A stretch of 64,000 nt of DNA from positions 1 through 64,000 of IMG/VR virus record IMGVR_UViG_3300033070_001583. The stretch is one strand, 5' to 3'. Numbering within the stretch: the first letter of the stretch is position 1; every line of letters begins with the position of its first letter. The notes under the pieces are model-generated. The model saw only the letters and a list, made by a program, of their open reading frames with translations. It was not told the origin of the DNA and did no database searches. The translations under genes were made by a program, and so were the position numbers. The stretch is from a virus. Its lineage: Duplodnaviria > Caudoviricetes. Shown one piece after another: positions 1 to 9,822 of this stretch.

Positions 1-224
1 TTTGAGATTACGTTACAGAGCAAGTCATCGCCAAGATCAAGAGTGATCTTTTTATAAAAAGTTGAGTAACACGATCCACAGGCGCCGTGAGACTCGAGCT
101 TTTCTAGATCATATTGATCTGTACACGCATATCCGCAGTGCTTGCACATCAGCGTTTGGCACCGTGGTGCATCGATATAGTGAACAGTATGCTCACCATA
201 TCTCCTCTTCTCAATCGTTTGCAT
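1..224 (-). CDS. Partial small Zn-finger-like protein, runs off the left edge; absent from the ORF track
   Basis: ATG at 224..222 reads MQTIEKRRYGEHTVHYIDAPRCQTLMCKHCGYACTDQYDLEKLESHGACGSCYSTFY..., two CxxC pairs. Its ATG overlaps the TTA ending the upstream gene (TTATG). Confidence 0.6.
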   Translation of the reverse strand, partial: MQTIEKRRYGEHTVHYIDAPRCQTLMCKHCGYACTDQYDLEKLESHGACGSCYSTFYKKITLDLGDDLLCNVIS

Positions 225-3200
225 AATCCAATGTAATTCACATATGAGTCTTTTTCATGCTTTGAAATCTCAATGCAAGAGTCGACCGCGTCTTTCATCT
301 GTTCAACGTGAGAGACAACGATTAGAAATCTGAATCTTGATGCGATTGAACGCAAGAGTCTAATGCAAGAGTCGACTCCCGCAGGATCTAGTGTACCGAA
401 TCCTTCATCGATAATCATGAAGTCTGGCTTTGGAAGAATCGAGATTCCATGCAGTACTGTGCGTATTGCAATCGACGCAATCGTTCTCTCCATACCTGAG
501 CTCAGCTCAATGACTCTTCTTGAGTCACCGTAATTGATGTAAATTTCCAGAGAGTTAGTGTCTCCATCTGCCTCAAGATCGATTGTGAAATCAACAATTC
601 CAGCAAGAAGATTTGAAATTTCAGCGTTAACGATTGGCAATTTCTCGCGAACGAGGAGAGATGGCACTCCTTTCTTTGAAAACGCTTTGCTAACGTATTC
701 TCGTAGTATCAGCTGCTTCATGAGGGGTTCTTTTTTCGAGTACTCATGAGTCAGCAATTCAAGCTTTGCTTCAACGCGTCCAAGTTCTTTTTGCGCATCG
801 GCGTGTCGATTCTTCGCAGATTTGACATCTGCTTGCATCTTCGCCATTGTTAGACTCACTGCGTGAGTGTCTCCACCATCAGAAACATCTCCGAGGAGCT
901 CCAATTCTTTCTTGATTCCAGCAAGCTTCGACTTCATGTTATCAAGAGCGATTCTGTTTGAATCAGCAGTACGTTCGGCAGCGAGAATTTTACCCTTCGC
1001 AGAATCGTGTTCCTTCAACAGGATCACTGGATCGCCGCCCGGCGCTGGAATCTCGAGTTGTTTGATAAGATTCGCAATTCTCTCTTGTTCGTCAACGAAA
1101 TTCTTGTTTGCCTGAATTACTGCGTCTTTAATGAACTGACACGATGAAAATTCACCATTTCCTCCACACGGTACTTGCTTCAATCGTACTTTTGAAGTCT
1201 GTGCGAGATCGATCGCAGCTTCAATCTGACGGTAATCGCTTCTTGCAGATTGAAGCTGCGATCTTCTTGTCTGCTCTGCTGTTAGTCTCGCAAGAAGATT
1301 TTCGACATTCACACCATCAATTTCCTTACGCTTCATTTCGATTGCTTCAACAAGCTTCATCAAAGATGCCTCTTGCTGCTGAATCGAAGTAGTTAGAGAC
1401 GCCAAATCTGATGAGAGACTTGCATGTTTTGCTTTCTTCAGTTCGAGAGCAACAACATCTCCAAATTCACGCTTTGTTCTCTCTACGAAATCTGAATACT
1501 CGCGCTCAAGTTGCGAAAGTGTAACGTTCTCAATCTCTACTCTGTTTGTCGCATCCGTTATTGCATCAGACGTTGCAACGATATCTTGAGCAATTTTGAA
1601 TGTATCGTAATTCCCAATCGAAATCCTCAGTTTCGTACACTCGTTCTTCAGTGCATCGTGAAGCTTATCGAAATATCCAAGATCGAGATATCTCGAGAGG
1701 TACGTCCACCTAGCTGTAGAACCGTCTTTGATCAGCTTTGATATATCATCTTGAGTTGACACGGAAGTCGTGATAAAGTCATCCTGCGTACCAATCAGCA
1801 GTCTGATCATTCTATCTGTATCTGACCGTTGCTCACCAGTGAGCTGAGTTTCAATTCCATCCCTGTAGTGATGTACATCAACTTTCGTTGGAGCGCCGAC
1901 AAGACCTTTCTTTTCTGAAAATATTTTTGTTGTCTGACGCGAAATTGTAAGATTATCAGCATCATTCAGCTTCAATTTCATGAGCACATCACATCCTGAT
2001 TTACGGATGTTGACGATATGCGCATTTTTCACAGATCCCCTGTCTGTGCCATTGTACAGAGCGTAAATCAGAGTTCCTATAATAGAAGACTTACCGGCTC
2101 TGTTCGGAGCAAAGAGTCCAACAAGTCCAGAGAGTTTCGAAAAATCGATTCGATTTCCTTCTCCGTACCCAAATGTATTGTTGAATTCGAGATCCTCAAC
2201 GGTCCATGTCATCCCAACAGGACTGTCAGTCACGCCAATTGTGGCCTGAGCCTTCTTGATTGTATCGTATACGTCCTCACGAGAGAATTCTGAACGATCG
2301 TATTCGATTACAAGGTCAGTAAGTGTATTTGCATCTCTGTAATTTGTCCTGCTAAGATTTAGCGCAGCTGATTTCTGTTTTGGCTGTTCCTTTTCTGACT
2401 TGAAAGTAATTTCGATAGGATCAGAAACATGCTTTACAAGAGATGCAATGTGACGAGCGTTATCGCTGACAGTAATCTTGTCGATTCTGAATCGCGATTT
2501 TGGAGGATACTGTTTGATCTCGCTTACGAATGATTCTTCATCTCCCGTCCACGGTATCGTAACGTATGGATGATCATTTGCAATCTTGTGAAAAGTACAA
2601 GTCCACTTTGATTTCGATTCGATATCCCACAGAAGAAATCCGTGATCCTGGACATCTTCTCCGTAGTTCTGCTGTACCGTGCTACCAGGATACGCGATCC
2701 ATGGCATAGAGTCGCCATCATCACTCGTCTTGTAGCCAAGAAATTGCTGCTTATGGATGTCACCAAGCAAAGCAATGTCATATTCTGAGAAGAACCTCGT
2801 GTCGATGCTGCCATGCATTGGGATACCTGTTTCGAGACGGCATCCATCAACTGCTCCGTGGTAACAAGCAATGTTAAATGCATTGGGATCTGGCTTTACT
2901 GTATCCCAAGATTTTGTATCAAAGAGGCTGTACACGCACCATTTTACTGGCGTGCCGTCTTCTAGAGAGAATTCAGCATCGTAAGTTCCCGAATCTTTGT
3001 ACAGCTCAATGTTCTTACCAGAAGTCTTGATAAGATCAACGATTGGTGTAACGGCGTCGAGACGACTGAAATTTGAGAGGTTGCCATCGTGATTACCAAG
3101 GATCATCACAGTTGGCGCGCATGCTGTGAGTTTATCAATCCAGATTGACAGTTCCCTGATATACTCAGGGGATATCCCAGCAGTCTTTGTGTGAAAGATA

Positions 3201-3331
3201 TCGCCGCCAACGAAAATTCTGTCTACTTTAAGACGTTTTGCCTCCTCGCAAACTCGATCGAATACCGTTCTGTACTCATCGTGCCGGCTTTGACCTCTGT
3301 AGTGTACATCGGCAATGTGCAAAATTCTCAT
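224..3331 (-). CDS. sbcCD: Fused SbcD/Mre11 nuclease + SbcC/Rad50 ATPase, 1035 aa with TTA stop (track ORF ends at 149)
   Basis: Phosphoesterase motifs HIADVH, GGDIFH, GNHD, LGDIH; Walker A APNRAGKSS; coiled coil with central Cys pair; signature LSSGME; Walker B IIDEGFGTLD; H-loop VSH. First in-frame TTA at 226..224. Confidence 0.9.
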
Positions 3332-3366
3332 TTTCTACATCCAATCCTATTAATCTTTTGATCCTT

Positions 3367-4365
3367 TTACTTCAACAAACGCTGTTTCATCTCTTCGAAT
3401 CCAACTGCGTGCGGCTTACATGATTCAATCGCTGCACAAATTTCATCATTTTTTCCAGCCATTGAACCCATGTCATCGAAACTTTCAGGTATTTTACTCC
3501 AATCAATAACACGCACTGTAACTCCGTAATCTGAGAGCGATGTTGCAATCTTTTTTGTCTTGTCTGGTACGTTTCGATCGTACATGATACAAACTTTTGA
3601 AGATCTTGCAACAAGAGAGCAGAATAGAACGTGATCAGGTGAAAGATTAGACCCGAGCGTAGAAACACTATTTCTTCTGCCTAGTGCCATCGCATCGAAT
3701 GGTCCCTCTACTATAAAAATCTCTGAATTCCAGTCGATATGCATCTCTCTAAAGATAATCGAATCTGCGTCCAATGGAGCATTGAAATATCTTCTTGATT
3801 TATTTCTATCGAGAGTTGTGCGTGCTGTGTAGTAATTCAATTCGAAATTCGAATCATACGATGGTATGACGACTGAATAACGATAATCGATCGAGTGTAT
3901 TGTGGGCGGACCGTACTTCAAGCCAAAGTACGCTGCTGTATCGAGACCTATATTTCTTCTTTTGAGATACGCGTGTACCCATTTACCGCTTTCGTCAAGA
4001 GAATCGTCAAGCGCATCTGATACGTAATTTCTGAGGCCGTATGGAAGCTTAAGAGCTCTCTGTTGCTCTTTTTCTTCTCCATCTTTTTGTACAAGACTAT
4101 ATTTTTTACCCGTGTACTGCGAGTAAGATGTGAGATCTTCTTTCGTACCAAATTTGAAAATGAGCGGAACGAGAGACTTCGCCCTCCACCCGCAAACCCA
4201 GCAATGATTCTTGTGAGTCTCAATGTTGATACTAAGCTTCTTCTTCGAAGAACCAGAGCATGCAGGCATTGGACATTTTACAACAATCTCTTTGCCACCT
4301 GATCCTAGTTGCGATGCTCCGAAGAGTCTCTCAACAAATGTTATGAGCTCAGATGCAGTGTACAC
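3367..4365 (-). CDS. DNA primase (Zn finger + TOPRIM)
   Basis: N-terminal CPMPAC...HCWVC; TOPRIM IFIVEGPFDAM and IMYD. GTG start, TAA stop. Confidence 0.85.
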   Translation of the reverse strand: MYTASELITFVERLFGASQLGSGGKEIVVKCPMPACSGSSKKKLSINIETHKNHCWVCGWRAKSLVPLIFKFGTKEDLTSYSQYTGKKYSLVQKDGEEKEQQRALKLPYGLRNYVSDALDDSLDESGKWVHAYLKRRNIGLDTAAYFGLKYGPPTIHSIDYRYSVVIPSYDSNFELNYYTARTTLDRNKSRRYFNAPLDADSIIFREMHIDWNSEIFIVEGPFDAMALGRRNSVSTLGSNLSPDHVLFCSLVARSSKVCIMYDRNVPDKTKKIATSLSDYGVTVRVIDWSKIPESFDDMGSMAGKNDEICAAIESCKPHAVGFEEMKQRLLK

Positions 4366-4380
4366 TGTGGTACATATTCA

Positions 4381-4992
4381 TCATGATGGGCCACTCTTTA
4401 CACCCGCCATGGCGATAACACATGAGTCCATTTCGTCATACCAATTCTTCTTTATTCCCTTGTGACTCGAAGTGCCGGGGGCCGCTTCATTTTCTGCTAG
4501 AATTTCCGTGGCTTGATTTCCCCACGTAAGATCATCATGCCAAACAGACAACCCCCATCTGAATACGAGCTGCTTCTCCTTTTCATCTGGATATTTTGCT
4601 GAGAAGTACTTCTTCTTGTATCCCACGAGCTTGCGTGCATGAGCGACATTGAGTCTTTCTGGATCGACGTGAAATCTCTTACCTGTAATCCAGCACACAA
4701 TTCCATTGAATTGTTGCAGAAGTGACAACGTATCTGATGACGATCTTCCCTGAGAAAATGACTTGAAAGCCTCTTCAACAAAAATGCGTTTGATTTTCAA
4801 ACCATTATCTGCAAAATCAGTATGCTTGCTGCACAAAAAATCCTCGTATGTTCGAGCTTTCTCCCATATCGTTGGATATTTCGGAGTAGGAAGTACGAGG
4901 CTGTCTGTGATCATAATGACTCCCGAGTCAGTTACACACGAAATACCGATTACAGATGTTGAGATATCGAGTCCAAGTACACAGTCAGTCAT
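4381..4992 (-). CDS. RuvC-like Holliday junction resolvase
   Basis: VLGLDISTSVIGIS, IFVEE and DEMDSCVIA match the RNase H-fold acidic motifs. Confidence 0.75.
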   Translation of the reverse strand: MTDCVLGLDISTSVIGISCVTDSGVIMITDSLVLPTPKYPTIWEKARTYEDFLCSKHTDFADNGLKIKRIFVEEAFKSFSQGRSSSDTLSLLQQFNGIVCWITGKRFHVDPERLNVAHARKLVGYKKKYFSAKYPDEKEKQLVFRWGLSVWHDDLTWGNQATEILAENEAAPGTSSHKGIKKNWYDEMDSCVIAMAGVKSGPS

Positions 4993-5339
4993 GGCGCGAT
5001 TATACGCAAGTCAGCGTCAGTAACGATTGCGTAAGTGCACCCGTGAGCAATACACCAATCACGCGCGGCGATTGCTTTACGAACATTTTTCGGTTTGACG
5101 GTGTGTTTCTCTGGCTTTATCTCGACGACAACAACGCCATGCTGCGTTTGTACAATGAAGTCCGGCCAGTACCATCTTGTTTTCCTCCCGCGAGTGTACG
5201 GAATACAAATCTGCTCATACGCAAATCTGAGTACGCGCGGATCAGAATCAAGATAAGAAATATATTTTTGTTCAAGACCCGATCTGTATGAGACGACGGA
5301 GTCTAGAACCAGCTTTGGAGATGTGACAGTCCCTGTAAT
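4989..5339 (-). CDS. TnsA-N / T4 gp4-like head-completion endonuclease; start uncertain
   Basis: YRSGLEQKY...YEQICIPY...YWPDFIV...VVEIKP is a PD-(D/E)xK motif. No ATG near the domain start; candidate ATT at 5339 overlaps the upstream TTA. Confidence 0.7.
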   Translation of the reverse strand: MTGTVTSPKLVLDSVVSYRSGLEQKYISYLDSDPRVLRFAYEQICIPYTRGRKTRWYWPDFIVQTQHGVVVVEIKPEKHTVKPKNVRKAIAARDWCIAHGCTYAIVTDADLRIIAP

Positions 5340-5572
5340 AGGGCCATGTCTTCTGGATCGCCGAATCCGTCGTCGTCCTCTTGCATTGCTGGCCCCGGGG
5401 CTAGCTCCTCCACTGGATCTTGTCCTTCCAGCTCCATTCCCTCTTCTTCGAGTTCTCCCAGTACGTCCATTCCCTCTTCTTGTGGGGGCATCATGTCCAT
5501 CGACTCTCTCACATATCTCTTGATCATTGTGCGGAGTTCTGAGAGCTTGATTTTCTTCTTTGAGCTTGCCAT
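5336..5572 (-). CDS. Small acidic protein with KIKLSELRTMIKRYVRE N-terminus, 78 aa with TTA stop
   Basis: Amphipathic basic N-terminal helix followed by a Glu/Asp-rich tail. In-frame TTA at 5338..5336 (track ends at 5303). Confidence 0.65.
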
Positions 5573-5596
5573 ATGAGTTCATCATAAATAATATGC

Positions 5597-7882
5597 TCAG
5601 ATGTCAATCTTAGCACGTAGCAAGTATTGATCGCCCATTCTTTTTAGAATCGGCTGAGCGTACGCAATTTTTGCGATTACGTTTAGATTTTCATCGTGAA
5701 GCTGCATTCCAGATATCCAAACGTGACCTTGCTGAGCATCCGGTGATCCTGTATCATCAACAGAATTTGTCCAGCTCGGATTCGACGAAGAATTTGCGGC
5801 AAGAGATCTGATTATGGCATCGACCTTGATTGTGTGATTCGTTCTATGGCCTTTAAATTTGATCTCATACGAATCTTTTCCAAACAGTGCGAGAGCCGGG
5901 TGTCTTACTATCACAAGACCCTCGTTGTAGAAAACTGATCCGACGGTGTTATTGATTGCTGGCTGCGAGACAGTATTATGTCTGTACAAACCTCCGAATC
6001 CGTCATCCCTTAGAGTGATTGCATTCGATAGACCGCTTGTACCCGTTGGAACGAGATCTGTTATTTCAAGCGTGCCTGGAAGTATTGATTCTCCATAATA
6101 CGCCGTGCTAACGTCGAAAATAACGATTTCATTAGAGCTGTTATCTCCCGTTCTCTGCAACACTGTCGGCAATCTCGTAGAAGTAGATCTCGCATCCTCA
6201 GGTGTTGACGGATTCACTGCTAGCTGAAATCTCGTATCAGAACTTTTGTAAGCGGGATTGATTGAAGCAGTTGGAATGATATCGTTGAGATTGATCCAAT
6301 CGATCGATTCGATCCCAATGTTGTCTGCATTTCTTTCGCTGATATACTGAATGTACCGAGAGTAGTCTCTGGTCGCGGTGCCATCATCGCATGGAAGGAT
6401 AAGATTGTTCCTTCTACGATTTTCTTGTCTCGTATAGAGGTGATCGTTTGCAGATAGAGTTAGAGGCGAAGAAGAAATGCTGGCGCTCATTTCTTGAAGT
6501 CGTGGAAAACTCTCATTCGCGAAATCGTAAAGCCAATTTTCTGAATTGAGACTGAGTCCTCCGACTCCAAACGACAGTTCACCAGCAAATGGTGCCGTAT
6601 CTGCACCGTCATCTGTTTGGAATGGCGTAATCAACATTCCTCCCTCGAGACCAACGTAACTTTTCGTTGGAGCTGTCGAAGTATACAACACAGGTACATC
6701 GAATGCGAGTACCGTCGAATCAGAATCTTTAAAGATCTTCATCTCGTGCACCTCTGCTCTTAGAGGATGCTTGAATGCATACTTGCTTGGATTATCAAAA
6801 TCCGTTGTACCTACGAGAGTGTAAGTTCCATTCCTTCTTGATGGGTTCGTTGCGAACCACAGGGACATCAGATTTGGCCCTGAGAGATTCGAGTTAACTC
6901 CTTCATAGTAGTTACCAACAAACAATACATCTCCATCTCCGCGGCCCATTACGTGTTGATATGCCACTGATTGAAGTGGTACAGGGTACTTTCCCTTCGT
7001 TTCCCCATCAATGACGAAGCTGCCAGTTGAATCGTTCTCGGTTCTTTGCCATTTTATTTGACAGTGATGCCATCTGTTGACTTCAAGAGAATTATCATCA
7101 GACATCCAGCAATATCCTGTCGGGTTTGGTCCAACGCTGCTTGGAGATACATCTGCAGATCCGCTCAATTGAAGAAGAAGTCTAAACGCGGTCGGGGCGC
7201 CCCTCGCATCTCTCGCGGTACCGCTCACAATTGAAATTGCATAGCTCGATGACATGTGAAACAGGGTACCAGCCCTGTACTCAGTGTCTCCATCAAGAGG
7301 CTCTTTGACTTTGATAGAAAAATCGAAATTGAATCCCGACATTACAGTGTACACGCCACCAACAAGATCGCTTGGCAACGTCGTATCTGGAATGTTTGGA
7401 TACATCAAAACCGGTTGTTCGTCAGTACCCGTCGCATAAAAATTAATGCAATCGTAATTCGAAACTCCCCAGTGATGTTGCTTGTGTACAGCGTGATTCT
7501 TCTGAAGGAGATTTCTCGCTATTCTTTTTGCTACATGGGTCTTATCAAAATTGAAACCAGGTCTGAATCTTACAATTTCAATTTTACGATTCTGTGAAGC
7601 ATCGACAGGCAAACGTTCGATCTCAGACATGTACTGTCTCATTCGCATGAAACCGCCAACACGACTGCTTACGGCGCCGGCTGCTTGTTTGAGAAGCGTA
7701 TCAATCGTTGTGTCTGTGTAGCTCCCAGTTGATCCAGCTATTCTTGATTTGATAATCGGACTCGTTCTACCTCTCAGCGCAACTGCGCCGGTCGAGCCGG
7801 CAGAACTCGATGCGTACTGCGTAAATGGTTTGAATACTACAGAGTGTGCAGTGATATCATCATTCGTGAGAGGTATGAACAC
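5597..7882 (-). CDS. Virion structural protein, LamG-like core and tail-collar (DUF3751-like) C-terminus
   Basis: NRWHHCQIKW...FVIDG (LamG-like). C-terminal ISGMQLHDENLNVIAKIAYAQP resembles the P2 gpH collar motif. Confidence 0.6.
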   Translation of the reverse strand: MFIPLTNDDITAHSVVFKPFTQYASSSAGSTGAVALRGRTSPIIKSRIAGSTGSYTDTTIDTLLKQAAGAVSSRVGGFMRMRQYMSEIERLPVDASQNRKIEIVRFRPGFNFDKTHVAKRIARNLLQKNHAVHKQHHWGVSNYDCINFYATGTDEQPVLMYPNIPDTTLPSDLVGGVYTVMSGFNFDFSIKVKEPLDGDTEYRAGTLFHMSSSYAISIVSGTARDARGAPTAFRLLLQLSGSADVSPSSVGPNPTGYCWMSDDNSLEVNRWHHCQIKWQRTENDSTGSFVIDGETKGKYPVPLQSVAYQHVMGRGDGDVLFVGNYYEGVNSNLSGPNLMSLWFATNPSRRNGTYTLVGTTDFDNPSKYAFKHPLRAEVHEMKIFKDSDSTVLAFDVPVLYTSTAPTKSYVGLEGGMLITPFQTDDGADTAPFAGELSFGVGGLSLNSENWLYDFANESFPRLQEMSASISSSPLTLSANDHLYTRQENRRRNNLILPCDDGTATRDYSRYIQYISERNADNIGIESIDWINLNDIIPTASINPAYKSSDTRFQLAVNPSTPEDARSTSTRLPTVLQRTGDNSSNEIVIFDVSTAYYGESILPGTLEITDLVPTGTSGLSNAITLRDDGFGGLYRHNTVSQPAINNTVGSVFYNEGLVIVRHPALALFGKDSYEIKFKGHRTNHTIKVDAIIRSLAANSSSNPSWTNSVDDTGSPDAQQGHVWISGMQLHDENLNVIAKIAYAQPILKRMGDQYLLRAKIDI

Positions 7883-7894
7883 TTGATCTCCAAA

Positions 7895-9085
7895 TCAGTA
7901 ATCCAGCCTCACGCGAATCGAAGCATCTCTTTCTGGATTTTTCTCCAATGGACGAGAAAGCTTTGCAACTGCAAGAAGCGTATCATCCGCTCCAAATAGT
8001 CCGACCGTTGTGATGTATGAGAATGCCTGCTGAGAATCTTCTTGACCTTCGTCGATTACTACGATTCTGCTATCAGTGTCTGTATACGTTGGATTTGAAG
8101 AATAGTTAAACTCTCCTGCTTCCGCCCTACAGAAAATCAGTGTCGAGTTAATCGAAGTTTGATTCTGGAATGTAATCGATGCATTCGATCCTGATCCAAA
8201 ATGAGATCCGCAGATGTGGTCAATCACGTTGTCAATCGATCCAGAAACGACAAAGTCAGGAATCATCTTTGCATTCGGGTTCTCTGATTTGTAAGTTCCA
8301 ATACCAGTTGTACCAGCTGAGCTTACTGCATCGATTGTACCGCTTGCGTGCTGGGTACCAGATAGAATTTTGTTCATATCGAGAACAACAATTCCTCTGT
8401 CATAGAAAATATTTCCAACGTATCTTGTTGGATCTCCGGCATCAATGAGATTTCCTACCTGACCGCCGAATGTTGTGAGCTTTGTTGTTGTCGATGCAAC
8501 GTCTGTATAAATCGTGCTGCCAGAAAGAGACGTTGTGTAGAGATTTGGAGCATTCGACGGAGAACTTGCAGACTGATAGTACTGCATTGCAAATGTCTCT
8601 CTTGCGATTTGATCTCTCGAAAAGAGTCTCTTGAAAGAAAGAATGAGAGCAGTATCGATTCTATTCGTCTGATCACTGCTGTCAAATGGAGCAGTAAAGT
8701 ACGCGTCTGAGTCTCCCAGTAGCGTCGACGCAAACTGTTGATACATTTGCATCTTCTCTCTCATCATGAGAGAAGAGGACGGGAACACAGGTTTTCCTGC
8801 TGAATCTTCACTGATTTTTGAGGATGATACAACGGAGCTGTTTGGATAGAGACCAAACGTAATGTCAAAAATTCCGTTTGCAGTCTGATAATTGAAATTT
8901 TGATCGTATACGGTCTGCCAAAGAGATGACGTAACACCCGGGCCAACGCCTCCTGTTACGAAGTGCTGATATTTCTTTCTTGATACTGAACCACTGATAT
9001 CCTCTCTTGGGATATCAACGAGTTGGTTCATAAAAGTACGTGATGTTTTGATATCGCCGGGAGAAAGTTCTTTGTAGGTTGACAT
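7895..9085 (-). CDS. Virion structural protein with tail-collar-like C-terminus
   Basis: Ser/Thr/Gly-rich; ends YITTVGLFGADDTLLAVAKLSRPLEK...IRVRLDY. Confidence 0.65.
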   Translation of the reverse strand: MSTYKELSPGDIKTSRTFMNQLVDIPREDISGSVSRKKYQHFVTGGVGPGVTSSLWQTVYDQNFNYQTANGIFDITFGLYPNSSVVSSSKISEDSAGKPVFPSSSLMMREKMQMYQQFASTLLGDSDAYFTAPFDSSDQTNRIDTALILSFKRLFSRDQIARETFAMQYYQSASSPSNAPNLYTTSLSGSTIYTDVASTTTKLTTFGGQVGNLIDAGDPTRYVGNIFYDRGIVVLDMNKILSGTQHASGTIDAVSSAGTTGIGTYKSENPNAKMIPDFVVSGSIDNVIDHICGSHFGSGSNASITFQNQTSINSTLIFCRAEAGEFNYSSNPTYTDTDSRIVVIDEGQEDSQQAFSYITTVGLFGADDTLLAVAKLSRPLEKNPERDASIRVRLDY

Positions 9086-9090
9086 TAAGT

Positions 9091-9807
9091 TAAGATTCCC
9101 TTCACAATGTTGATTCTAAACTCTTTTGTCGCGCCTGATTGCAAACCAGTAACCTTTGCGTACGTTGATATCACGTTTTTGTCTGATACTGTTCCGTAAA
9201 CGTTGAACTGTGCATTCGTGATCGATTTCACAGAAAGAGTAAACTGAAGCGTCGATCCCTGGAACGCGTTCTCCCCAGCTGATCTTGGGAGAATGTATTT
9301 TGCAGTTTGTCTTGAGTCGATCGAATCAGGTGTACGACGGAAGATTCCGAGGAACAGATTTGAGATTTCGACACTGAAATTCTGATCTCTCAGCTCTACG
9401 TCGATTGTCTGCTCATCTTGAATTGTCTGCTCAATCGAAATCTTTGCTCCGCGTTGTCTCAGTGATCCGAGCGAGATAATGTTTGAAGTACCATTCACAT
9501 TCGAATCTCCAGAAAGAGAGAACGTTGGCAATCTAACAAGATTTGGATTGCTCACAGTAATGAGTCTATTCTTGAACGCCTGCGCTGACGTTGTAATCGC
9601 TTCGAAAACCGGAGTGTTCTTTTCGATTTTTTCTCTTCCGACAGTTCTGCCGTATCGTTTGATGATTGTGTAATCAACTTCATCATCACCAAAAGCGAAC
9701 TTTTGGATTCTGAAACTACCATCATTTGCTGCAATCAGAGCGCGACCTGCGTCTGTTAGCACAGCATCGAGGATAGGGCTGTTCGTTGAGTTGTCGATTA
9801 GTCCCAT
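9091..9807 (-). CDS. Virion structural protein with tail-collar-like N-terminus, 238 aa with TTA stop
   Basis: ILDAVLTDAGRALIA...IQKFAFGDDEVDY. Ends ATC TTA ACT TAA. Confidence 0.65.
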
Positions 9808-9822
9808 ATGTGTAACCTAAGA

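Noticed and set aside
272-376. 15-nt direct repeat AATGCAAGAGTCGAC at 272 and 362
   Set aside because: Both copies encode VDSCI within SbcC; only two copies and no array structure.
5433-5481. 16-nt direct repeat at 5433 and 5466
   Set aside because: Encodes the repeated EEGM peptide; a local duplication only.
5340-5585. Arg/Gly-rich N-terminal half of the 198-aa track ORF as a real domain
   Set aside because: It is the alternative-frame reading of the Glu/Asp-rich gene 5336..5572.
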